A stretch of DNA of 64,000 bases from an uncultured Chloroflexia bacterium. Lineage in GTDB: Bacteria; Chloroflexota; Limnocylindria; Limnocylindrales; CSP1-4. Numbering within the stretch: the stretch's first letter is position 1; the number at the start of each line of letters is the position of its first letter. Below, in pieces: positions 50,620 to 60,333 of the stretch. Location: contig OY969796.1 in assembly GCA_963703155.1 (NCBI GenBank), positions 3,175,652-3,239,651 of the forward strand, in the 5' to 3' direction. The notes under the pieces are model-generated. The model did no database searches, was not told the origin of the DNA, and worked only from the letters and a program-made list of their open reading frames with translations. The position numbers and the translations under genes were made by a program.

Positions 50620-52284
50620 TCAGGCGGGCGTGTGACGGTAGAACGCCTCGCGCTCCGGGGGGAGCGGCGTGTTGCCGAGGAGCAGGTCGGCTGCCTTCTC
50701 GGCCAGCATCATGACCGGCGCGTAGATGTTGCCGTTGGTGACGTAGGGCATCGAGGAGGCGTCCACCACCTTGAGCCCCTCGACCCCGTGGACCCCCATC
50801 GTGAGCGGGTCGAGCACGGACATGTCGTCGACGCCCATGCGGGCGGTGCATGACGGGTGCAGCGCGGTCTCGCCGTCGCGGGCCACCCAGTCCAGGATCT
50901 CGTCGTCGGTGCTGACCTTCGGCCCGGGCGACGTCTCGCCCGCGTTGAACGGCTCGAACGCCTTCTGGCCCAGGATGGTGCGGGCGACGTGGATCGCCTC
51001 GACCCACTCGCGGCGGTCCTGGTCGGTGGACAGGTAGTTGAACCGCAGCGCCGGGTGGACCGCGGGGTCGGCACTCTTGATCTTGAGCGTGCCGCGGGCG
51101 TCGGAGTACATCGGGCCCACGTGGACCTGGTAGCCGTGGCCGCCCTTCGGCTTGCTGCCGTCGTAGCGGATCGCCAGCGGCAGGAAGTGGAACATCAGGT
51201 TGGGGTAGGCCACGTCGTCGTTGCTGCGGACGAAGCCACCCGCCTCGAAGTGGTTGGTGGCCCCCGGTCCCTTGCGCAGGAACAGCCACTGGAAGCCGAT
51301 CCACGGACGGCGCCACGTCTGGAGCGCGGGCTGCATCGAGACCGGCAGCTTCGAGGCGTACTGGACGTAGACCTCGAGGTGGTCCTGGAGGTGCTCGCCG
51401 ACGCCCTTGACGTCAGCGACCGGGCTGATGCCCAGCGCCTTGAGCTCATCGGCGTTGCCCACGCCCGAGAGCTGGAGGAGCTGTGGCGAGTTGATGGAGC
51501 CTCCGGCGAGGACCACGGTGCCGGCGCGGGCCTCATGGCGCTCGTCGCCGCCCTTGCCCGTGGTGTACTCGACGCCGACGGCGCGCTTGCCCTCGAAGAT
51601 GACCTTGGCGACGAAGGCGCCGGTCTTGACGGTCAGGTTCCTGCGGTCCATCACCGGGTGGAGGTACGCGCGGGCCGCGGACAGGCGGCGGCCATTGCGG
51701 ATGTTCCGGTCAAACGGGGCGAAGCCCTCCTGGCGGAAGCCGTTGACGTCCTCGGTGAGCGGGTAGCCGGCCTGCTGGACGGCCTCGAAGAAGGCGCCGA
51801 AGAGCGGGCTGCTGGCCGGGCCGCGCTCGAGGTGGAGCGGGCCGGAGTGGCCGCGCCACGGATCTGCGAGGTCCGCGGCGGTGCAGCTCTCCATGCGCCG
51901 GAAGTACGGCAGGCAGTGGGCGTAGTCCCAGCTGTCCATGCCGGGATCGCTCGCCCAGCGCTCGTAGTCCATCGGGTTGCCGCGCTGGAAGATCATCCCG
52001 TTGATCGACGAGCTGCCGCCGAGGATCTTGCCGCGCGCGTGGTAGATCCGGCGGTTGTGCATGAACGGCTCGGGCTCCGACTCGTACTTCCAGTCGTAGT
52101 ACTTGGAGCCGATCGGGAAGGTCAGCGCGGCCGGCATGTGGACGAAGACGTCGAACAGGTAGTCCGGGCGCCCGGCCTCCAGCACCAGCACCTTCGTCCC
52201 CGGTTCCGCACTCAGCCGATTGGCGAGCACCGAGCCCGCGGAGCCACCCCCGACGATGACGAAGTCGTAGCGCGTGCTTGCCAT
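50620..52284 (-). CDS. betA: choline dehydrogenase (GMC oxidoreductase)
   Basis: [23 protein letters not shown] fold; GMC signatures; 554 aa. Confidence 0.8.
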   Translation of the reverse strand: MASTRYDFVIVGGGSAGSVLANRLSAEPGTKVLVLEAGRPDYLFDVFVHMPAALTFPIGSKYYDWKYESEPEPFMHNRRIYHARGKILGGSSSINGMIFQRGNPMDYERWASDPGMDSWDYAHCLPYFRRMESCTAADLADPWRGHSGPLHLERGPASSPLFGAFFEAVQQAGYPLTEDVNGFRQEGFAPFDRNIRNGRRLSAARAYLHPVMDRRNLTVKTGAFVAKVIFEGKRAVGVEYTTGKGGDERHEARAGTVVLAGGSINSPQLLQLSGVGNADELKALGISPVADVKGVGEHLQDHLEVYVQYASKLPVSMQPALQTWRRPWIGFQWLFLRKGPGATNHFEAGGFVRSNDDVAYPNLMFHFLPLAIRYDGSKPKGGHGYQVHVGPMYSDARGTLKIKSADPAVHPALRFNYLSTDQDRREWVEAIHVARTILGQKAFEPFNAGETSPGPKVSTDDEILDWVARDGETALHPSCTARMGVDDMSVLDPLTMGVHGVEGLKVVDASSMPYVTNGNIYAPVMMLAEKAADLLLGNTPLPPEREAFYRHTPA

Positions 52285-52323
52285 TGACGGATCGTACCCA
52301 ATCGCCCGGCGCCGAATTGCTTA

Positions 52324-52349
52324 GCGCGCGCGTGATGGGACGCGCGCGA
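52324..52349 (-). terminator. hairpin GCGCGCGCGT-gatggg-ACGCGCGCG downstream of the prepilin peptidase gene, separating it from betA
   Basis: 9-10-bp perfect inverted repeat in a 120-bp intergenic region. Confidence 0.5.
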
Positions 52350-52404
52350 GCGCGCGTGGGCCGGGCAACTGGCGAGGGGCCCGGCACACGAGGGTGGCGC
52401 GCTG

Positions 52405-53052
52405 TCAGCCGGGCCCGAGCAGCCCCCAGAACGCCCCGATGATCAGGAACGGCCCGTAGGGGATGAAGCTGTGCAGCGTGATCCGGCGCGCGAGCAGCAG
52501 CACCACGATCACCACGCCCGCCAGCAGACAGCCGTCGATGACCCCCACGATCAGCCGCCAGCCGCCGGCCATCAGCCCCACCGACACGAGCAGCTTGAGG
52601 TCGCCCTGCCCGATCGCCCCCGGCCCGAACGGGATTGCGATCAACGCCAGCACCAGCGGCACCGCGAGTGCGATCCCCGCGGTCACGAGCAGCGCGCCCG
52701 ATGGCACCATCGGGTTGAGGCCCGCCAGGACGAGCACGAGCGCAATCGGGATCGCAGGCAGCGTGATCTCGTCGGGCAGCAGGCGCTGGTCGAGGTCGGT
52801 CGCGAGCAGCAGCGTCAGCGCCACGACGTACAGGCCGAAGACGGCGATCGGCAGTGGATCGGCGAAGCGCACGGGCACCGCCCCCAGCCCGGCCGCCCCG
52901 ATCAGGACCGTGACGGCTGTGCGCCAGCCCGGGGCGCGACCGCCCGGCAGCTCCGCCTCGTCATGCTCGGGCCAGCGCACGGCAATCCGGTCGGCGACGA
53001 GGCCCCAGGCCCCGCCGGCAACCGCGAACAGGATCGCGAGCGGCGTCAGCAC
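52405..53052 (-). CDS. prepilin peptidase (A24 family, CpaA/TadV-like)
   Basis: Polytopic membrane protein with catalytic Asp motifs (ATDLDQRLLPD, GQGDLKLL). Confidence 0.6.
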   Translation of the reverse strand: MLTPLAILFAVAGGAWGLVADRIAVRWPEHDEAELPGGRAPGWRTAVTVLIGAAGLGAVPVRFADPLPIAVFGLYVVALTLLLATDLDQRLLPDEITLPAIPIALVLVLAGLNPMVPSGALLVTAGIALAVPLVLALIAIPFGPGAIGQGDLKLLVSVGLMAGGWRLIVGVIDGCLLAGVVIVVLLLARRITLHSFIPYGPFLIIGAFWGLLGPG

Positions 53053-53098
53053 CGGGCGAGTCTACGAGAGCGCGGCGCCCCGGCGAGTGGCCCGAAAG

Positions 53099-54608
53099 TC
53101 AGCCCCTGCCCGCGAGCGCCAGCTCCACGAGCGTCGCGTGGGCCACACCGCAGGCGCCCCGCGGCGCAAACGGATACCGCTTGGTGTAGTAGGCGGTCCC
53201 GGCGATGTCGAGGTGGGCCCACGGCACCGTGTGGAACCGGTCGAGGAACATCCCGCTCCGAACGAGCGAGCCCTCCGCCGTGCCCGAGTTCACGATGTCG
53301 CCGTAGATCGACTCCATCTCGGGCGCGTAGTCGGGGACGAGCGGGAGGCGCCAGAAGCGCTCGCCAGCACGATCGGCCGCCGCGGCAACCTCGCCCCACC
53401 ACGGGTCGGAAGAGGCGAACGCGCCGCTGACCATGTTGCCCAGCGCCCGCGCGACCGCGCCGGTGAGCGTGGCGACGTCCACCATGTGCGTGGCGCCGAG
53501 CTGCTCAGCGTAGGTCATCGCGTCGCCCAGGATCAGGCGGCCCTCGGCGTCGGTGTTGGTGATGTCCACCCACTTCCCGTTCAGCGCCCGGACCACGTCG
53601 CCGGGCCGCGACGAGTGGGCGCCGGGCATGTTCTCGACGGCCGGCGCGACGGCAAGCATCGGCAAGCCGGGCGCGAGGCGCGAGACGGTGGCGATGGCCG
53701 CGATCACGGTGCACGCACCGGTCTTGTCCATCTTCATCTCTTCCATACCGGCGGCCGGCTTGATGCTGATGCCGCCGGAGTCGAAGCAGACCCCCTTGCC
53801 GATCAGCGCGAGCCGGCGGCCGAGGCTGTCCTGCGCGCCCTCCTCGCCCGAGCGCAGGACGATCATCCGCGGCGGGTTGTCGCTGCCCTTGCCCACGGCG
53901 AGGAACATGCCCATGCCCATCTCGGCCGCGCGATGCTCGTCGATGACGTCGATCGAGAGCCCATGGGCCTCGGCGATCGCGGACGCCTCCTCGGCGAGGA
54001 CGACCGGCGTGACGTCGTTTGCGGAGCGGTTGGCGAGGCCGCGGGCGAGGTTGGCGCCCTCGCCGATGATCCGTCCACGCTCCGCCGCGGCTGACAGCGC
54101 TGCCACGCCGCTGTCCGGCGCGGCGACCAGGATCAGCTCGTCGAGCGCCGGCGGTGCCTCGTCGGTGTCCGGGCGGTAGATGGCCTTCGGCTCGAAGCCG
54201 CCCTCGACGATTCCGCGCGCTGCCTGCTCTGCGGCCACGGCCTCGTCGCCGCCCAGCGCCTTCGCGATCGGCCCGAGCCAGATCGCCATGGAGCTGGCCG
54301 ACCGGCCAGCCAGCCGACGCATCGCGCTCGCGGCGACCCGGCGGGCCGTCTCCCGGTCGAATGCCTCCGCCTTGCCCGACCACACCACCATGACGCGCCG
54401 GACGGGCAGCTCGCCCGGGGCGCCCAGCGCCGTGCTGTACGCCTTGGTGCGCACTTCCCCCAGCGCATGAAGGGTGCTGGAGCTCGCCACCGGATCGCCG
54501 GTCGATCTCGCCGAGCTCGTCGGTGAAGATGGGCTCCCCGGCAACCGGGACGACGAGGAGGTCGGCCGGAACTTCCCACGGACGAGCGGCAACGACGCGG
54601 ATCTGCAC
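53099..54608 (-). pseudogene. pepA: leucyl aminopeptidase (M17), frameshifted near codon 45
   Basis: C-terminal catalytic domain with NTDAEGRL in track ORF 53099..55138; conserved N-terminus (LSVQIRVVAARPWEVPADLLVVPVAGEP...GGELQ) in a different frame (track ORF 53505..54701); junction about 54470..54490; length 3n+1. Confidence 0.7.
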
Positions 54609-54893
54609 GGACAGGACCTCCGGTCCCGAGTTCGACGGCACGCGGGATTGGTGCCGGCTGGAAGGCTGGATCGCGCTCCCGAGTGTACCGCCGCCGGGCA
54701 CCGCTCCTGGGCGTGCCCGGGCGCTGCCGCGCTCGCCGCGGTCGGCGAATCGGCCCCGAATCTGGCCATGCGCGCCGGGGACGGCGCGGTCGGCGGATCG
54801 GCCCCGACCATGCCCGTGCCCACCGAGGGCGGCGACGAGGCTGGCACCCAGTCCGGCTGGGTGGCAGCCGTCGCCGGCAGACCGCGACCGCCC

Positions 54894-56036
54894 CTACGGC
54901 GGCGGCGTGAGCTGGGATGCGCCCGGCGAAGCCGCCGACGTCCCCGGTTTCGCGGTCCCGGCGGGGCTCGCCGGCGATCCGGGACCCGAAGCGCTCGGGC
55001 TGGGCGAGGAGACGGGGGCGGAGGAGCCGGAGGGCGCGGACGACGCCTCGGGGGCGGCCGATGGGGCGCCCGACCCTTCAGGCGACGCGGGCTGCGGGCT
55101 CTGCGGCTGCGCCTCGATCGCCGCCGCAAGGGCGCCACGCGCGATCTCGATGTCGATCACGGCCTGGTTCAGCCCGCCGCGCGCGATGTCGCCCATGATC
55201 ACAACGACGACCTTGTTGTCCGTGGGCAGCGCCGCCTTCGCCGCCTCCTCGGCCGCGAACGCGTCGCGGAGGTCTTTGGTGACCTTGCCCTTCGCCGCCA
55301 GCATCGCCTGGTAGAGATTGCGGAGGGCCGCGTCGTAGGCAGTGTTGCGGTCGATCCAGGCCGTGAGCGTGGTCACGTCGGCGGTCTCGGCCAGGCTGTC
55401 TCGCAGCTTCCCGATTTGGACCAGCGTTGCGTCGGGCGCGTCGAGCAGCGCGATCGCCTGCTGGTAGCGGGCGGCCCCGCCCTCTTTCGCCGCGGCGGCC
55501 GTCTGCTGGTCGTGCCTGGCGAGCAGGTCGGGCAGGACCGATGCGGCCATTGCGCGCGCCGACAGCACGTTCCAGTCGTATTCGAGGTTCGAGGTCAGCC
55601 CGACCGTCCCCGCCAGCTGCTGATACCGCGCGATCGTGGCGGCCGAGACGCGGAGCCCGGCGTCCTCCCCGGTGTCGGGCACCGCGGCCAGCGCCGACGT
55701 GAGATCGTCACGCGCGGCGGCTACCGCAGCCAGCTGCGTCGTGCCCTTGGCAAGCGTCGAGGTGAGCGTGTCGGTGTTGCCCGCGACCACGCTGACCAGC
55801 GCCTGCCTGGACGAGGCGCCCAGCGCATCGACAGCATCGGACAGGGCCTGGAGCTTGGCGGCCGCGACGTCCAGGGCGGACGCGGCCTGCTGGTCGCCGG
55901 CCCACGTGAGCTCGGGGCGCGAATCGGTGGCGGGCGCATGGTTGAGGGCGCTGGCCATGCCGGCCCCGCCGAGCGCGATGACGACCGCGACCCCGAACCA
56001 GGCCAGCGCGACAACCAGACGGCGGAGCCTTCTCAC
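54894..56036 (-). CDS. hypothetical membrane-anchored protein with Ser/Pro/Ala-rich C-terminal tail
   Basis: N-terminal TM LVVALAWFGVAVVIALGG; helical body; low-complexity SAPSxS tail. Confidence 0.45.
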   Translation of the reverse strand: MRRLRRLVVALAWFGVAVVIALGGAGMASALNHAPATDSRPELTWAGDQQAASALDVAAAKLQALSDAVDALGASSRQALVSVVAGNTDTLTSTLAKGTTQLAAVAAARDDLTSALAAVPDTGEDAGLRVSAATIARYQQLAGTVGLTSNLEYDWNVLSARAMAASVLPDLLARHDQQTAAAAKEGGAARYQQAIALLDAPDATLVQIGKLRDSLAETADVTTLTAWIDRNTAYDAALRNLYQAMLAAKGKVTKDLRDAFAAEEAAKAALPTDNKVVVVIMGDIARGGLNQAVIDIEIARGALAAAIEAQPQSPQPASPEGSGAPSAAPEASSAPSGSSAPVSSPSPSASGPGSPASPAGTAKPGTSAASPGASQLTPPP

Positions 56037-56124
56037 GCCGCGCAGGGTAGCCGGTCGCTGGCCGCGGCGCGCTCCGGGCCCGCCCCCAACCGGTGCGTCC
56101 CGGCGCGCGAATCAGGCGGGCGAA

Positions 56125-57075
56125 TCAGGCGGGCTCCGCGGGCTCCTGGTCCTTGAGCCGGCGCCGGAGGTGGGTGAGCCCGCCCTCCATCGGCCGCGGA
56201 TCGAAGCCGAAGCCGGCGCGAACGCTGTCGAGGGGGCCGATGTTGTCGTGGCGGAGCTGGCGGAGCTGGTCGGTGGCCACCGGGAACGGCGCCCGGACCG
56301 CCTCGGCAGCGCCCGCGACGACCCGGATCACGGCCACCGGCATCGGCATGAGGAGCCGCCGCGCGCCCATCCCCCGGAGCACCTCCTCGACGATCTCGCG
56401 GTACGTCCAGTAGCGCGGCCCGCCGAGCAGCAGCTCCCGGCCCGCGGACGCGTCGTCCCCCAGGGCGATCACGCACGCGCGGGCGAGATCCTCGATCGCC
56501 AGCGGCTGGAACCGCGCCCGCCCGCTGCCGGTGATCGGCACGATCCCGGGCGACATCCGGACGAGGCCCGCGAGCAGGTTGAAGAACCCGTCGCGCGCCC
56601 CGAACAGCAGCGATGGAGCAAGGATCGTCCAGCGCAGCCCGCTGTCGCGGACGATCGCCATCGCCTTGGCCTTCGAGCTCCCGTAGTGGAGGTCGGGCTC
56701 GTCGGTCACGCCCAGTGCGCCCAGGTGGACCAGCCGCTCCACGCCGGCCGCGCGCATGGCCGCCACCACGTTCCTCGTGCCCTCGGTGTTGACCAGGCGC
56801 AGGGTCTCGCCGCCGTCCCAGTCGCGGGGGACCGCGGCCAGGTGCACCACCGCGTCCACCCCGGCGAGGGCCGCGGGCAGGGTGGCCGGCTTCGTGATGT
56901 CGCCCAGGCGAATCTCCATGCGTTCGCGCTGCGCGGTGGGCAGGCGTCGCCTGACGACGGCGCCCCCCTCGTCATCCCGGACAAGGGCTACCACGCGGTG
57001 GCCCGCGTCGAGCAGGGCTGGGACCACATGGCTGCCCACGAAGCCGTTGGCGCCGGTGACGAGGATGGTGCTCAT
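56125..57075 (-). CDS. NAD(P)-binding NmrA/complex-I-NDUFA9-like epimerase/dehydratase family protein
   Basis: ILVTGANGFVGSHV Rossmann motif; YGSSK; alternative ATG 57087. Confidence 0.7.
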   Translation of the reverse strand: MSTILVTGANGFVGSHVVPALLDAGHRVVALVRDDEGGAVVRRRLPTAQRERMEIRLGDITKPATLPAALAGVDAVVHLAAVPRDWDGGETLRLVNTEGTRNVVAAMRAAGVERLVHLGALGVTDEPDLHYGSSKAKAMAIVRDSGLRWTILAPSLLFGARDGFFNLLAGLVRMSPGIVPITGSGRARFQPLAIEDLARACVIALGDDASAGRELLLGGPRYWTYREIVEEVLRGMGARRLLMPMPVAVIRVVAGAAEAVRAPFPVATDQLRQLRHDNIGPLDSVRAGFGFDPRPMEGGLTHLRRRLKDQEPAEPA

Positions 57076-57159
57076 GGCGTGCAGCATAAACTGGCTACCA
57101 GAAGCGCGCAAGATATGGAACGCCGCATGGCCGCCGTCTGCACGGCCTACCATCGCGCC

Positions 57160-58221
57160 ATGAGCGAACTGGACCCCCGGACCCTGCGCGCGCTGGCCGG
57201 CGCGATGCCCAAGGCGGAGCTCCACCTGCACCTCGACGGCTCGCTGCGCGCCGAGACCGCGCTCGACGTCGCGCGGACCAGGGGCGTGGACGCGCCGCGC
57301 ACCTACGCCGCGATGCGCGGCGTGCTCGTGGGCCCGGAGCAGTCCGAGGACCAGGCGGCGCTGCTGCTCGCCTTCGACCTGCCGATCGCGCTGATGCAGG
57401 ACGCCGAGGCGCTTGAGCGGTTCGCCGCCGACCTGGTCGAGGACAAGGCGGCCGAGCACGTCCGATACGCGGAGGTCCGCTGGGCGCCCCTCCTCCACAC
57501 GGATCGCGGGCTGACGGGCCGCCAGGTGGTGGAGGCCGTCGCGCGGGGTGCGGCGCGTGCCGCGGCGGGCCGGGACATCGAGGTCCGGCTGATCGCCACG
57601 CTGATGCGCAGCCACGCGCCGGAGCGCAACCTCGCGTTCGTCGCGGACATGGAGGCGCACGGCATTCCCGCCGGTCTGGTTGCCGTCGACCTGGCCGGCC
57701 AGGAGGCGCGGTTCCCCGACCCGGAGCTCCACCGCGCGGCGATCGAGCTCGCCCGCTCCATCGGCCTGCACGTCACGGTCCATGCCGGCGAGTGGGGCGG
57801 TGCGGCGCAGGTGCGGCGGGCCCTTGCGCTCGAGCCCGAGCGGATCGCGCACGGCCCGCTGGCGATCGACGACCCCACCCTCGTCGCGGAGCTCATCGCG
57901 CGCGGCACCTGGCTCGACCTCTGCCCCACGTCCAACGTCCAGGCGAGCATCGTCCCCACACTCGACGCGCACCCGCTCCGCCGGCTCCTGCACGCGGGCG
58001 TGCGCGTGACGCTCAACACCGACGACCTCACGGTGTCCGACGTCACGCTGACCGAGGAGTACGTGCGCGCCGTCGAGCGGATCGGGCTCACCGTGCCGGA
58101 GCTCTGGGCGGTCGACCTCGCGGCGCTCGACGCGGCGTTCTGCGATGCGGCCACGAGGGAGCGGCTGAAGGTCGCGTTCCGCACGTGGGCGGCGAACGTG
58201 CCGGAGCTGACGCGCGACTGA
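57160..58221 (+). CDS. add: adenosine deaminase
   Basis: PKAELHLHLDGSL, HAGE, SLNTDD-like (TLNTDDL) motifs. Confidence 0.85.
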   Translation: MSELDPRTLRALAGAMPKAELHLHLDGSLRAETALDVARTRGVDAPRTYAAMRGVLVGPEQSEDQAALLLAFDLPIALMQDAEALERFAADLVEDKAAEHVRYAEVRWAPLLHTDRGLTGRQVVEAVARGAARAAAGRDIEVRLIATLMRSHAPERNLAFVADMEAHGIPAGLVAVDLAGQEARFPDPELHRAAIELARSIGLHVTVHAGEWGGAAQVRRALALEPERIAHGPLAIDDPTLVAELIARGTWLDLCPTSNVQASIVPTLDAHPLRRLLHAGVRVTLNTDDLTVSDVTLTEEYVRAVERIGLTVPELWAVDLAALDAAFCDAATRERLKVAFRTWAANVPELTRD

Positions 58222-58245
58222 CGCCGGCGCGCCCAGGGCGACTCG

Positions 58246-59091
58246 TCAGGCTTCCGCGGCGAGCTCCCTGAGGGCGGCCTCGAGCTCGGCGGCATCGGCG
58301 GCGACGCGGTTCGGGCGCTGATCGGGCGGGATCAGCTCGGCCATCTCGCGCGTGGTGACGCCGGTGAGCATCAGGATCGTCCGCGCGCCCACCGCCCGAC
58401 CCGCCGCGACGTCCGTCAGCGCGTCGCCGATCATGACCGCCCGCCGCACGTCGGTGCCGACCAGGCGGGCACCGGCCTCGAGCAGGTACGGCCCCGGCTT
58501 GCCGATCACCACCTGGGGCTCGGCGCGGGACGCCGTCGCCACCGCCGCGACCACCGCCCCAGCGCCGGGCCGGAACCCCTGGGCGGTCGGGTAGACGGGG
58601 TCGCGATTCGTGGCGACGAAGGCGGCACCGGCGCGCACGCAGTCGGCTGCCGCGGCAACGCGCAGGTACGACATCTGCGGGTCGAGGCCAACCACCACCG
58701 CATCGGGATGCCCGGCGGCAGCCCAGCCGTCGATCCCCTCCTCGTGCATGCGGGTGGCGGCGTGGCCGACCGTCACGACGTCGAAACCGGCCTCGCGCAG
58801 CTCGCGCTCGAGCCCCGATGCGCCCACGGCCAGCACGCGGCGCACCTTCGGCAGGTGGTCGTGGATCCACACGGCCGCGGCGCTCGCGGACGTGACCACC
58901 CGGTCCGGGCCGACGGGCGCCCCATGGCTGGCAAGCCTGGGCAGGTAGTCGGCGCTGTACGCCATCGCGTTGTTCGTGACGTACACGACGTCGTCGCCGG
59001 CCGCCGCCCGGGCAGCCAGCACGGAGGGCACGCCGGGCACCGTCTCGGTGCTGCGGTAGACGACGCCATCGAGATCAACGAGCAGGAGCAC
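58246..59091 (-). CDS. HAD-superfamily IIA hydrolase (NagD/sugar-phosphatase-like)
   Basis: LVDLDGVVY motif I, VTNN motif II, GD..TD motif IV; GTG start. Confidence 0.65.
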   Translation of the reverse strand: MLLLVDLDGVVYRSTETVPGVPSVLAARAAAGDDVVYVTNNAMAYSADYLPRLASHGAPVGPDRVVTSASAAAVWIHDHLPKVRRVLAVGASGLERELREAGFDVVTVGHAATRMHEEGIDGWAAAGHPDAVVVGLDPQMSYLRVAAAADCVRAGAAFVATNRDPVYPTAQGFRPGAGAVVAAVATASRAEPQVVIGKPGPYLLEAGARLVGTDVRRAVMIGDALTDVAAGRAVGARTILMLTGVTTREMAELIPPDQRPNRVAADAAELEAALRELAAEA

Positions 59092-59113
59092 GCACCGATG
59101 CTACCGTCTGCCC

Positions 59114-59725
59114 ATGCCCGCAGCCTCCCGCTCCCCGCTCGACGACACCGACCGTTTGATCGTCGACGGCACCAACATGCTCCGCCGGATCGGCCCGACG
59201 GCGCCGGCGTCGACCATCATCGGTCGCATCCGTGCTGCGGTCCCGCTGACGATCGCCGTGGAGCTCGTGTTCGACGGGGTGGGCCACGGGGTGAACGGGC
59301 GCCTCGCCCAGGCGATGCACGTGCGGTACTCGGGCCGCCGGACGGCCGACGAGGCGATCCTCGAGCTCGTGGGCGATCCGGCGACGGGTGGGCCCGGGCC
59401 CCTGGTGGCGGCACGGACGCTGGTCGTCACCGATGACCGTGCGCTCCGGATCGCGCTCACAGGTCGCGGCGCGCGAACGGCGGGCGTGGCCTGGCTGCTC
59501 GGGCGGATCCAGGTCGAGGCCGTCGGGTATCCGGCGGGCCGCCGCTCCTCGTCGATCGGCTCCGGGCGGCCGCCGACGATCCTCGGGTCGGCTGGTGTCG
59601 GCGCGGCGTCCGGCAAGGATGAGGCCGACGCCCGGCCGGGCTGGAAGCCGGGTCGCGGCGCGACGGCGAAAACGGGCACGCCGAAGCGCGTGGCGCGACA
59701 CCGGCGGCATCCGCGCCAGCCCTGA
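59114..59725 (+). CDS. NYN-domain (YacP-like) putative RNase
   Basis: RLIVDGTNMLRR resembles the YacP/NYN LIVDGYN motif; basic C-terminal tail. Confidence 0.45.
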   Translation: MPAASRSPLDDTDRLIVDGTNMLRRIGPTAPASTIIGRIRAAVPLTIAVELVFDGVGHGVNGRLAQAMHVRYSGRRTADEAILELVGDPATGGPGPLVAARTLVVTDDRALRIALTGRGARTAGVAWLLGRIQVEAVGYPAGRRSSSIGSGRPPTILGSAGVGAASGKDEADARPGWKPGRGATAKTGTPKRVARHRRHPRQP

Positions 59726-59770
59726 CCCGCGCAAACCCACCGTTGCCGATCGGGCTGTTAGGATGCGCCC

Positions 59771-60244
59771 GTGATCCTCGACCAGTTGAACCAGTTCTGG
59801 ACGGGCGTGCTGCAGTTCCTCGCCCAGATCGTCACGCCCGACTGGGGCAAGCTCATCGTCGTGATCCCAGTGCTCCTCGTGCTGGCGGTGGTCGGGCCCA
59901 TCCTGACGATCCTGGCACTCGCGTGGCTCCGGTACGGCGCCGTCCGCCCGCGCCGCCACGTGCGGTTCGCCGACACTCGGCGCCTGGCCGAGCTCGACGC
60001 TGCGGGCCAGCCGGTCTACCCCTCCGGTGAGCCGTACTCGCCCACGGAGCGGATGGTCTACGAACCCGGCGCAACGCGGTCCCTCTCGGGCGAGACGCTG
60101 GTCGTCGCCTGCCCCAAGTGCGGACTGGTCCGCAGCGCCGAGCGCGAGACGTGCGGCAACTGCGGCCTGTCGTTCCACCTCAAGCCTGTTGTCCGCTCGA
60201 GCGGCGCTGCCAACCGTCCTTCCGGCGGGGCCGCGGCCGCCTGA
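59771..60244 (+). CDS. hypothetical membrane protein with C-terminal zinc ribbon
   Basis: GTG start; TM LIVVIPVLLVLAVVGPILTILALAWL; CPKC...CGNC. Confidence 0.4.
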   Translation: MILDQLNQFWTGVLQFLAQIVTPDWGKLIVVIPVLLVLAVVGPILTILALAWLRYGAVRPRRHVRFADTRRLAELDAAGQPVYPSGEPYSPTERMVYEPGATRSLSGETLVVACPKCGLVRSAERETCGNCGLSFHLKPVVRSSGAANRPSGGAAAA

Positions 60245-60333
60245 GCCCCCTTCGGGCCCCTCGCTCGGGCTGAGCGTCCAACCCGCCGTTCCCGCTGTCG
60301 AGGCGAGGCGGCCCAAGCGTCCCGGGTCATGCC

